In this document: in pieces, positions 42,544 to 50,643 of the stretch
Numbering within the stretch: the first letter of the stretch is position 1
How the letters are laid out: the number at the start of each line of letters is the position of its first letter
DNA from: an uncultured Candidatus Rokubacteria bacterium
GTDB lineage: Bacteria > Methylomirabilota > Methylomirabilia > Rokubacteriales > CSP1-6
Assembly: GCA_963762145.1 (NCBI GenBank)
Contig: CAVXJS010000010.1
Span: 32,001 to 96,000, forward strand
DNA: 64,000 nt
Direction of reading: 5' to 3'
Translations under genes and position numbers: made by a program
Notes under the pieces: generated by a model
Database searches by the model: none
What the model saw: only the letters and a program-made list of their open reading frames with translations
Told to the model about the DNA's origin: nothing

Positions 42544-44196
42544 CTATTCGTCCCGGAACAGGATGGTCAGCATCAGTGCAATCCCACCGCCGGCGGCGAG
42601 CAGGAAGAACAGGATGGCCAGGCCGGGATACCCCAGAATCCGGAACGACGTCTCTACCCGCATGAGCATCGCCGCGCCGATGATCAGGGCGGCCAGTAGT
42701 AGCCCGAGGGTGATCCGGTTGGCTACTTTCTGAAATCCCTCCATGAGGCGGGCTTCGTCGATCGCGTCGATCTTCACCTCGAGCTGATTGTTCGCCACCG
42801 CGTCGAGGATCTTGTTCACCCGCGCGGGTAACCGCTCCATGAGATCCTTCATCTCGAGGACCGTGCTGAAGAGGTTCCCGGGGGACGCGCTCTTCAGCAG
42901 GCGGCTCCGCATGATGTCGGCCGCATTCTTCCGGATCGCGGCATTGGGATTGAACTTGGGATCGAGCTCGTGGGCGATCTGGTCGAGGTTCAGCAGGGTC
43001 TTCCCCAGCATGGTGAGCTCGGTGGGCAATCCAAGATTGACATCTCCCGCGATGCGCCCGATCTCGAGCACGACCCGTCCGACCTCGACATCCCGGACCT
43101 CCGCGTCCTGGTGGCGTCCGACGAGATCCGTCACCCGCCGCGCGAAGACCAACTCGTCGAACGCCGGTCGCTTCTCGGCCAGCTTCAGGACGCTGGCCAT
43201 GGCCTCATCGCTTCGACCTTCGCTGACCGCCAGGAGAAGCTGGAGTAGCTGCTCCTGGACGCGGGGAGCCATCCGGGCCACCATGCCGAGATCGAGAAGG
43301 GCGAGGCGACCGTCGTCGGTCAGAAGCACGTTGCCGGGATGAGGGTCCGCGTGGAAGAAGCCATCCACCAGCACCTGGGTCAGGTAGGCGCGGAACAGGT
43401 CATCCGCGAGACCGGCGCCGTCCAGCTCCAGCCGGGCGACCCGGCTCAACGCGGTGATCTTGGTGCCGGGCACGTATTCCATCGTGAGGACGCGCGACGT
43501 GGTGTAGTCGTCGACCGGCGCCGGTACGATGATCCGGCGGAACTCACCCAGGTTGTGTCGAAGCAGCGTGAGGTTTTGTGCCTCCTGTCGATAGTCGAGC
43601 TCCCGCAGCAGGCTGCGGCGGAACTCCTCGAGCATATGAGTGAATTGGTATCGACCGCCCACGGCGGTGTGCTGATCGAGAAATTCGGCGATCTCCTCCA
43701 GGATCTCGAGCTCCTCGGCGACTCGCGGTCGTATTCCCGGGCGCTGGACCTTCACCGCGACCTGGCGCCTGTCACGAAGCGCAGCCCGGTGCACCTGCCC
43801 CAGCGACGCGGCCGCCAGGGGGGTGGCCTCGAACTCGGAAAACGCCTTGGACAGGCGAACACCGAGCTCCGCGGTGACGAGAGGCTCGACCTCCGAAAAG
43901 GGGAATGGCTCGACCCGATCCTGGAGCCGCGAGAGGGCCCGGATGTATTCGTCCGGCAGAAGGTCGGACCTCGTCGAGAGAAGCTGGCCGAGCTTGATGA
44001 AGGTCGGCCCCATGCGCTCGAGGTCGCCGGCCAGGTCGGCGGCGGTCTGATCGGTAGTCTCCGCCACCACGGGATCGTCGGAGAGCATGGGATCGAGACC
44101 CGCGGCGGTGACCACATCACTCCGCCCGTACTTCATCAGGAGAAGGGCGATGTCCTTGTACCGCTTGAGGTGCTGCGGCTTCAGCGATAGGCCCAT
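42544..44196 (-). CDS. AarF/UbiB (ABC1) atypical kinase
   Basis: GPTFIKLGQ, AASLGQVH, VAVKVQRP, FFHADPHPGN, DLGM, C-terminal TM helices. Confidence 0.92.
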   Translation of the reverse strand: MGLSLKPQHLKRYKDIALLLMKYGRSDVVTAAGLDPMLSDDPVVAETTDQTAADLAGDLERMGPTFIKLGQLLSTRSDLLPDEYIRALSRLQDRVEPFPFSEVEPLVTAELGVRLSKAFSEFEATPLAAASLGQVHRAALRDRRQVAVKVQRPGIRPRVAEELEILEEIAEFLDQHTAVGGRYQFTHMLEEFRRSLLRELDYRQEAQNLTLLRHNLGEFRRIIVPAPVDDYTTSRVLTMEYVPGTKITALSRVARLELDGAGLADDLFRAYLTQVLVDGFFHADPHPGNVLLTDDGRLALLDLGMVARMAPRVQEQLLQLLLAVSEGRSDEAMASVLKLAEKRPAFDELVFARRVTDLVGRHQDAEVRDVEVGRVVLEIGRIAGDVNLGLPTELTMLGKTLLNLDQIAHELDPKFNPNAAIRKNAADIMRSRLLKSASPGNLFSTVLEMKDLMERLPARVNKILDAVANNQLEVKIDAIDEARLMEGFQKVANRITLGLLLAALIIGAAMLMRVETSFRILGYPGLAILFFLLAAGGGIALMLTILFRDE

Positions 44197-44206
44197 GATC
44201 TCCGCA

Positions 44207-45781
44207 CTACTGACGACGGGGGCGGCGCAGCTCCGCGTCGAAGCCGGGCAGGATCGCCTTGAAGAACGCGTTCTGCACCAGATTGACGATGGTCTCGATG
44301 ATGCTCACGTTCGGATTGTCGAGCCGCCCGGAGATCTCCACACGGGTGGCGACCTCGTCGCGGGGGCGATTCTGGAGAACCTTCGAGACTCCTTCGACCA
44401 CCTTTTCGTAGGCCTTGCGCACGACGCCCTTCTCCCGGTCCTGCTTCGGATCGTAGGCCTCGATGTCCTGGAAGAGTGGCTTGACGTAGCCGGTGATCAG
44501 CCGGTTTCTGGCCTGAAGCTCGGTGTAGAGCGAGAAGCGGCCGCCCACCACGTCGAACTTGCCGTAGGCCTTCAGGAGGTTGTTCATGGTGGTCAGGTCG
44601 GTCTCATCGATCTGGAGCGCCACGTCGAAGTCGGGGCCCGGTCGTGTCGGCAGCAGCTTGAACTCGGCCTTGAGGGGGCCGGAGCCCATGAACTTGCCTT
44701 GCAGCTTGGCCATCGCGGTCTCGCCGCTCGGGAGGCTGCTGAGGTTGGTCAGCGTGGCCGTGGTATCGGCGACGAACACCCGATAGTTCGGGGTCGTGGT
44801 CTTGTTGATGAGCCCGAAATTGCTCTTGACGATGTCGAACCGATCGACCCGGAGCTGCAGACCTGGGTCCTGGGACTGGTCGGCCGCTTTGAGCGTCTCG
44901 CGGGTCGCCTCTTTTGCCACGCCCGCCTTCGCGGGAGTCTGGATGTAGTCCACGTGGATGCCGTCCACCGTGGCCGACCAGAGCTTCACCGACTTGAACT
45001 GAGGCGAGATCTCCACTTCACCCTCGGCCGAGAGCATGCCCTTGTCCACCGCAAGATTGTAGCGATTGGTGACCGGCTTGAAGTAGTCGAGGCCGATGGC
45101 GTCCAGCTTGATCTGCAGCATGAACGCGGCGTGGGGATCGGCCAGGAAGTCGGCCCACCCACTCGCGGATATGGCGCCGGTGTCGAACACCCGCGCCTGC
45201 ACATGCATCGGCGAAGGATAGACGCCCTGCTTGGACTGGACGTTCCGGATGTTGGAGGCGACGAATTCCAGGTCGTACACGCGGAGCGGCTTGAAGGGCC
45301 CATCGTCCTGGTAGGTGATGTCCCCTCGGGCAATCCGCAGCTCGTTGATGTGGAGGGGATAGATCGCCTGCAGCGCCTCTTGCCATCCCTTGTCCTTGAC
45401 CGGGGTAGGGTCGGAGATCTCGGTCCTCGCCTGGGCCAGGTTCAAGACCACGATGGGGTGGTCGATGAGAATGTCGCCCACCACGCGCCCGGACAGGAGG
45501 GCCCGCCAGTGGACGCTGGCGTACAGGCGCTCGACATTCGCCACCGGGGGGTCGGGATACTGGTTCTGGACGATCACGGTGTTGCGCAGGTCCATGGAGA
45601 AGTTGATCGGGCTGAAGTGGAGCTTGCCGATCGTGACGGTGTAGCCCTTGAGGCTCGCGTTCATCTTCTTTTCGGTATAGCGGCGCAGCGGCTCGTCGAT
45701 GAAGAAGAGCGCGGTCACGGAGGCCACGAGCAGGAGCACGACGAGGCCCCCCGCCGCGAGGAGCCAGCGCCGCGCGGTCAC
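44207..45781 (-). CDS. DUF748 (AsmA-like) protein
   Basis: Same architecture as 40806-42440: GYVKPLF, NLVQNAFFKAILPGF. Confidence 0.78.
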   Translation of the reverse strand: MTARRWLLAAGGLVVLLLVASVTALFFIDEPLRRYTEKKMNASLKGYTVTIGKLHFSPINFSMDLRNTVIVQNQYPDPPVANVERLYASVHWRALLSGRVVGDILIDHPIVVLNLAQARTEISDPTPVKDKGWQEALQAIYPLHINELRIARGDITYQDDGPFKPLRVYDLEFVASNIRNVQSKQGVYPSPMHVQARVFDTGAISASGWADFLADPHAAFMLQIKLDAIGLDYFKPVTNRYNLAVDKGMLSAEGEVEISPQFKSVKLWSATVDGIHVDYIQTPAKAGVAKEATRETLKAADQSQDPGLQLRVDRFDIVKSNFGLINKTTTPNYRVFVADTTATLTNLSSLPSGETAMAKLQGKFMGSGPLKAEFKLLPTRPGPDFDVALQIDETDLTTMNNLLKAYGKFDVVGGRFSLYTELQARNRLITGYVKPLFQDIEAYDPKQDREKGVVRKAYEKVVEGVSKVLQNRPRDEVATRVEISGRLDNPNVSIIETIVNLVQNAFFKAILPGFDAELRRPRRQ

Positions 45782-46221
45782 CGCTTCTGACCGGAGCGGA
45801 GCATCCGGTCCAGGGTGGCCTTGACCAGGACCGCGGCAGCGGCCGAGCCCGCCGATCCGAGGATCCGCTGCGTGACGGTCGGCTCCGCCGCCACCCGCTC
45901 CGGCCGGTCGATCGCGCGGCCGACTGCCTCGCGCAGGCGCCGGCTGCGGGCCGTGAGCGTGTTGCGCCGCCGGGCCCGCCGTACTCCGAGGGCGATCGAG
46001 CCCGCCGTGATCGCACCGGCGGCGAGGAAGGTGGCGGCGACCGCCAGGGCGTGTCGCCGTACCTGCAGACCCACGTCGGTCAGCTCGTGCCCTCGCCGGT
46101 ACAGCTCGGTCACGAGCAGGGTTAGCTGGGCGCGCTGCCGGGCGAGGTCGGCTTCGATGGGCCGGGGATCACCCGACTTCTCCGCGTCGGCTTCGGACAC
46201 TCGACTCGCGACTTCAGCCAT
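45778..46221 (-). CDS. hypothetical membrane protein (DUF3618-like)
   Basis: AAGGAG RBS, IEADLARQRAQL helix then a TM segment; stop overlaps the DUF748 GTG. Confidence 0.6.
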   Translation of the reverse strand: MAEVASRVSEADAEKSGDPRPIEADLARQRAQLTLLVTELYRRGHELTDVGLQVRRHALAVAATFLAAGAITAGSIALGVRRARRRNTLTARSRRLREAVGRAIDRPERVAAEPTVTQRILGSAGSAAAAVLVKATLDRMLRSGQKR

Positions 46222-46251
46222 CCGGCTCTCCTTTGGTCCCATTGAACCCCA

Positions 46252-46268
46252 AAGCAAGCGGCATGCCC
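46252..46268 (-). promoter_or_regulatory. sigma-54 (-24/-12) promoter
   Basis: Minus strand reads GGGCATGCCGCTTGCTT (GG-N10-GC with TTGC), about 30 bp before the ATG at 46221. Confidence 0.6.
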
Positions 46269-46588
46269 ACGTCTGGGCCACGAACGTACCTCTGCCTTGC
46301 GGGCAATACGTAGTTGTCATCAGGAGGGTGGAGCCGCGCGCCAGGAAGACCTACCGGGTAAGTTTTATAGCGCCAGCCTCTTGACTATCACCTGGGGCCG
46401 GGGGCGGGCAGGGCGGAGCCGGCCGTGTAAGAAGGTTCCCGTCTTGTAGTTCCTACTTCCCGCACCGTTTGCAGCCAGAGAAACGGACGACCTAGCTTTG
46501 GGCAGCCCGTTTCCACAAGCGGGACTCGCTGACCTCTGAGTGACCGTGGAGAGTTCCACAATCTGACCGAACCCCTCGCAACGAGAAC

Positions 46589-46605
46589 CTGGCACATCCC
46601 GCGCA
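46589..46605 (+). promoter_or_regulatory. sigma-54 (-24/-12) promoter
   Basis: CTGGCACATCCCGCGCA (TGGCAC, GG-N10-GC), about 28 bp before the ATG at 46633. Confidence 0.5.
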
Positions 46606-46632
46606 CTGTCGGCTGTGCATGGGGGGCTCACA

Positions 46633-47130
46633 ATGCGAAAGCGTATCCGTGGATTATCAGCGGCGCTGATCGTGGCGATCACGCTTGCGGGTGTAGTCGA
46701 CGCTGAGAACGTGTGGGCTAAAGGTGGCGGTTGTGGGGGCGGCGGCGGTGGCGGTGGCGCGGGTGGTGGTGGCGGCGCGGCTGGAAGCGGCGGAGGGACC
46801 GGCGGAGCAGGCGGCTCCGGCGGCAGCGGTGGGGGCCTGATCGGCATCGCCGGAGCCGGGCGAGTGCCGGCGGACCCACGGCTCTACGCACGCAGTACCG
46901 CGCCCATGACTGACGCCGGCGGTATGGCGAGGGGAGGGGTCGGAAGCCAGGCGCGGCTGAGCGCGTCCCAGGAGCGAACGTGGGAGGCGTTTCGGCGCTG
47001 CGCTCCATCCGGCGCGGTCCTGGATCAGCTGCGCGTCGATGGCTCGTTCACATACCGGACAGAATCAATTCACGACACGCAGACGATCAAGCGCTGCATG
47101 TCCCAGGTGGGCTATCAATTCGATTACTGA
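46633..47130 (+). CDS. exported glycine-rich protein with a small C-terminal two-Cys domain
   Basis: Signal peptide, about 40-aa Gly tract, RTWEAFRRC...IKRCMSQVGYQF. Confidence 0.65.
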   Translation: MRKRIRGLSAALIVAITLAGVVDAENVWAKGGGCGGGGGGGGAGGGGGAAGSGGGTGGAGGSGGSGGGLIGIAGAGRVPADPRLYARSTAPMTDAGGMARGGVGSQARLSASQERTWEAFRRCAPSGAVLDQLRVDGSFTYRTESIHDTQTIKRCMSQVGYQFDY

Positions 47131-47149
47131 GGAGCGAGAAGACGCTCGC

Positions 47150-47407
47150 ATGGGGCCCGCCGACACGACGTGTGCTGGGGTTCGCAGATGGTTCTCCGGC
47201 CACGTCGCCGGTCGGCTGGGTCTGACGGAATGGGCTCTCCTGGAGGTCCACCTCATCCACTGCGTGGCCTGCCGTCTGGAGCTCCAGCAGCACACGCTGG
47301 CTGACGTGAGGCGGTCGGCGCAACGGATGGACGTGATGACGACTCTCGTGAGAGTCGGCACCGGATTCGTGGTACTGGTCTTGCTGGGGACACTGGTGAG
47401 TTGGTGA
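47150..47407 (+). CDS. zf-HC2 (ZAS anti-sigma-like) small membrane protein
   Basis: TCAGVRRWFSGHVAGRLGLTEWALLEVHLIHCVAC (C...HxxxCxxC) followed by one TM helix. Confidence 0.6.
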   Translation: MGPADTTCAGVRRWFSGHVAGRLGLTEWALLEVHLIHCVACRLELQQHTLADVRRSAQRMDVMTTLVRVGTGFVVLVLLGTLVSW

Positions 47408-47688
47408 TCTGGCTGTCTGGCTTGTCGGTGATTGCACTGATGGCAGGCGCTCTTGGTGTGGCTTTCGCAATACGGAAGCGGCCAGGGCGTCGCCACCTCA
47501 AGATGGCGGGGAGCGTGACTGATCTGAGTGAAGGCTTTGCCATGGTCCATGCGCTGCGCGTGCAGATCACGCGGCTTCGTGAAGAGAACGAGCGGCTCCT
47601 GGAAGAGCGGCAGGCTCTGCTGAGCGTGTTGTCCCGCGTGAGCGAGCTCCTGGAGCAGGAGGCTCGACGGTTCCATGTCAACCGGTGA
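47404..47688 (+). CDS. membrane-anchored coiled-coil hypothetical protein
   Basis: N-terminal TM, LRVQITRLREENERLLEERQAL; GTGA overlap with the upstream gene. Confidence 0.55.
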   Translation: MIWLSGLSVIALMAGALGVAFAIRKRPGRRHLKMAGSVTDLSEGFAMVHALRVQITRLREENERLLEERQALLSVLSRVSELLEQEARRFHVNR

Positions 47689-47706
47689 GCGGCCGGCGCC
47701 GGCGGC

Positions 47707-48460
47707 TCAGCCGCCGAGGCCCTTGGCCTTGTAGACAGGCGCGGCGGCCGACCCGGCCAGGAACTGGATCAGCGCCTTCGCCGCGTCGGTCTCCTTCGCC
47801 CCGGTGGCGAGCCCGACGGAGAAGACCGTGACGGTCTGCAGCTCGGCCGGGAGCGGGCCGACCACGTCGACGCCGGGCACCGCCATCAGCTCGGGGATCT
47901 GCGCGGCGCCCAGGTCGATGTCGCCCGCGACCAGCGCCTCGCCGGTCTTCGCCTGCGTGTCCTTGTACTTGGCCTGGACCTCCTCGAGGATACCCAGCCG
48001 CTCGAGCGCCTTCGCAAACGCGACCCCCGAGGCGCCGACCTTCGCGAAGCCGACCGCCTTCGCGGCCAGCACCGCGCTCTTGAGCTTCTCGGGCGTGCTG
48101 ATGTCCGGCCTCGGCGCGCCCGCCTTCACGCCGACACCGACCCCGGAGCGCGCGACGTCGACCTTGCTACCCGGCGCGACCTTGCCCTGCTTGCCCAGGT
48201 CCTCGACGATCGGGCTCGTCAGGACGAGCACGTCGGCGGGCGCGCCCTCGAGAAACTTCGTCCGGAGCTCGGACGCGATGCCGTAGGTCACCGCGATTTT
48301 GTGCCCGGTCGCGCGCTCGAACTGCGCGAACAGCTCCGTGGTGGCCGGCTGCATGCCGACGGTGCTGAGCACCTTGATCTCGGCGGCCTCGCGCGCTCCA
48401 GGCCGTCAGGGCCAGGAGCGTGAGGGCCATCGCCATGCCGCGTGTCGCGCGCTTTGTCAT
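47707..48460 (-). CDS. ModA-like substrate-binding protein, frameshift near 48390
   Basis: Signal peptide in one frame; EIKVLS...FERATGHK, PDIST, GASG, VVGPLPAELQ in another. Confidence 0.82.
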
Positions 48461-50583
48461 ACGGTCCTCCCGTGATCGGTTGAACCTCGGTCGACCAGCT
48501 CCCGCGCCGCCGGAGTCATGTAGACAGCCTCGCTTCCCAGATCGCCCAGGGCCCGCGCAATGGCGCGGAGGCGATCCACCAGGGGGGCGCGCTGGTCGAT
48601 CAGCACCAGATGGGCGCCGCGCACGATGCAGAGGCCGCCGCCCAGGGCCGCCGGCGTCTCGAAGGGCTCCGTGCGGACCTCGACGCCCAGGCGCGCCGCG
48701 GCCTGGACCAGCTCGTCGAGGAGCTGCTGGGCGTCCACGGGGGCGATGGTACCCGAATTCATGAGGTCACAAACTGTGACCTCAAACGTTAGCTCGGATA
48801 CGGCCCGGATCAGGACGCGGGCTTGAGTCTGGAGCGCCTGCGCGAGCTCGTCCATGATCCACGACGGGCGCGCGAAGGAGAGGCAGAGCTCGTCCCGCGC
48901 GCGCGTCATGCCGATGTAGAGGAGGCGCCGGACCTCGTCCTTCGTCTTCAGGCCGTCCAGCTCGTGGGCGTTCAGGATCAGCACGTGCTTGGCGTCCAGG
49001 CCCTTCGAGCTGTGGATGGTCGAGACGCCGACGGTGCCATCGACCCGCTGCTCGGGCAGAAACGACGCCGGGATCTTCTGCTCCTCCAGCCAGCCGGCGA
49101 GCTTCTCCATCCCGAGCCGGTCGTGGCCCAGGACCAGGATGTCGCCCGGCGGCACGCCGCGGGCGAGCCGGGCGGCGACCCAGTCCCTGGCGTGCTCCCT
49201 GATGCCCGCGGCCGAGTCCAGAGAGACCAGCTCGGGCGCCGGCCCGTCGCGCAGCGCCTGGTCGGGCACGACCAGCGACGAGATCAGCTCGCCCGGGTCG
49301 GCCTCGGCCGCATCCAGCTCCTGCACCATGGCATAGGCCGCCGAGAGGATCGCCCTGGTGTTCCGGTAGTTGCGCTTCACGACCTTCGTGCGGCCGGCGA
49401 TCTGGATGCCGAGCGAGCGCCAGCTGATGCGCCGGCGGTAGATGTTCTGCGACGAGTCGAGCGCGATGAAGAGACGGTTGGCCCCCCGGTCCAGCGCGCG
49501 GAGCAGGAGGCGGTACCAGCTGTCCGCGAAGTCCTGGCCCTCGTCGACCAGGATGGCCTGGTAGCCGCCCGTCGGCACGCGCGCGTCGTCGAAGGCCTGC
49601 GAGAGCAGCTTGGGGACCGTCTCGACCCAGAACTCGTCCCACTCCGGTCCGCGGCCGGGCGGCTCGGAAACGTCGAGGCCAGCCGTCCTGAGCTGCTGGC
49701 GGGCCCACGCGTCGAAGGTCGAGACCTCGACGCGCTTGTCGCCGATGGTCCGGTGGAGGAAGCTGGCCAGCACGCGGTTGTAGCAGACCACGAGAATTTT
49801 CCAGTCGGGGTGCTGGTCCAGGAGGTAGCGCACGCGGCAGATCAGCACGATGGTCTTGCCGCTGCCGGCGACGCCGCGCAGGAGCCGGTGCCCATCGCCC
49901 AGGGTCCGGGCGAGACGCTCCTGCTCGAGATCCATCACGCGAAAGACGTCATCGTCCGTTGCGCCCCAGCCGATCCGGATCTCCGGGTGGAGCACGCTCC
50001 GGATCTGGTCGATCTGCTGGGCGTCCAGCCATCCGCGAGCTCCCCGGGCCGGGAGCAGCCCACGCAGGCGGGGCAGGAGCATGCCGGCCGCCAGGTCCGC
50101 GCCCGTGAGGACGAGCCCGGGGCCCAGCGCCTCCTCGAGACTGGGCCTGAAGACCGTGGGCTGGCGCACCTCCTCGGGCGTGACGTAGGGCAGGACGACA
50201 CCGGCCCCCCAGCCACACCGGAGCTGGTTGTCGGCGCAGAGGCCCGGCCGTCCCTTGAGGACGTCCACCGTGCGGAGCAGATAGTCGCGCACCTGGCGGA
50301 CGGGATGGCCGACCTCCAGCTCGCCCGTGCCCTGACGCAGCCGGACCCGGTCCGCCGTGATCTCGAGGATGCTCTTGAGCCGCCAGTCCTTGACCTCCAG
50401 GACCACCAGCCCCAGGTCGGGCCCGATGACGATGAAGTCCGGGTGCCGTCCGTCGACCGCGATGTCGTAGTAGACGAGGTAGTCCTCGGGCAGGTGGTCG
50501 CGGAGGGCGACGAACACCCGGCGCTCGCCGGCCGTGACGCGGCTGTCGAGCGAGCCGAGGGTCTCGGGGACCGTGTACGCCAC
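48457..50583 (-). CDS. NERD nuclease + UvrD-like SF1 helicase; the C-terminal ~93 aa may be a separate gene (48457-48738)
   Basis: HPDF...LEVKDW, GVAGSGKT, ILVDEGQD, NYRNT, TIHSSKGLD, LYIGMTRAR. Confidence 0.85.
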   Translation of the reverse strand: MAYTVPETLGSLDSRVTAGERRVFVALRDHLPEDYLVYYDIAVDGRHPDFIVIGPDLGLVVLEVKDWRLKSILEITADRVRLRQGTGELEVGHPVRQVRDYLLRTVDVLKGRPGLCADNQLRCGWGAGVVLPYVTPEEVRQPTVFRPSLEEALGPGLVLTGADLAAGMLLPRLRGLLPARGARGWLDAQQIDQIRSVLHPEIRIGWGATDDDVFRVMDLEQERLARTLGDGHRLLRGVAGSGKTIVLICRVRYLLDQHPDWKILVVCYNRVLASFLHRTIGDKRVEVSTFDAWARQQLRTAGLDVSEPPGRGPEWDEFWVETVPKLLSQAFDDARVPTGGYQAILVDEGQDFADSWYRLLLRALDRGANRLFIALDSSQNIYRRRISWRSLGIQIAGRTKVVKRNYRNTRAILSAAYAMVQELDAAEADPGELISSLVVPDQALRDGPAPELVSLDSAAGIREHARDWVAARLARGVPPGDILVLGHDRLGMEKLAGWLEEQKIPASFLPEQRVDGTVGVSTIHSSKGLDAKHVLILNAHELDGLKTKDEVRRLLYIGMTRARDELCLSFARPSWIMDELAQALQTQARVLIRAVSELTFEVTVCDLMNSGTIAPVDAQQLLDELVQAAARLGVEVRTEPFETPAALGGGLCIVRGAHLVLIDQRAPLVDRLRAIARALGDLGSEAVYMTPAARELVDRGSTDHGRTV
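48762..48784. promoter_or_regulatory. perfect 10-bp inverted repeat, operator-like
   Basis: TGAGGTCACA-AAC-TGTGACCTCA in an AT-richer patch. Confidence 0.5.
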
Positions 50584-50643
50584 GAGACAATCGTACCGCG
50601 GGAGTGCCGCCAGGCCCCCATCTGGCCCGGGGCCGCGGAACCG

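Noticed and set aside
46723-46836. GGC/GGT-rich tract as a DNA repeat element
   Set aside because: It is explained by the in-frame glycine-rich linker.
40798-47716. CAGCCGCC at both ends of the distinct block as a target-site duplication
   Set aside because: An 8-bp GC-rich match is expected by chance, and there is no integrase or tRNA.
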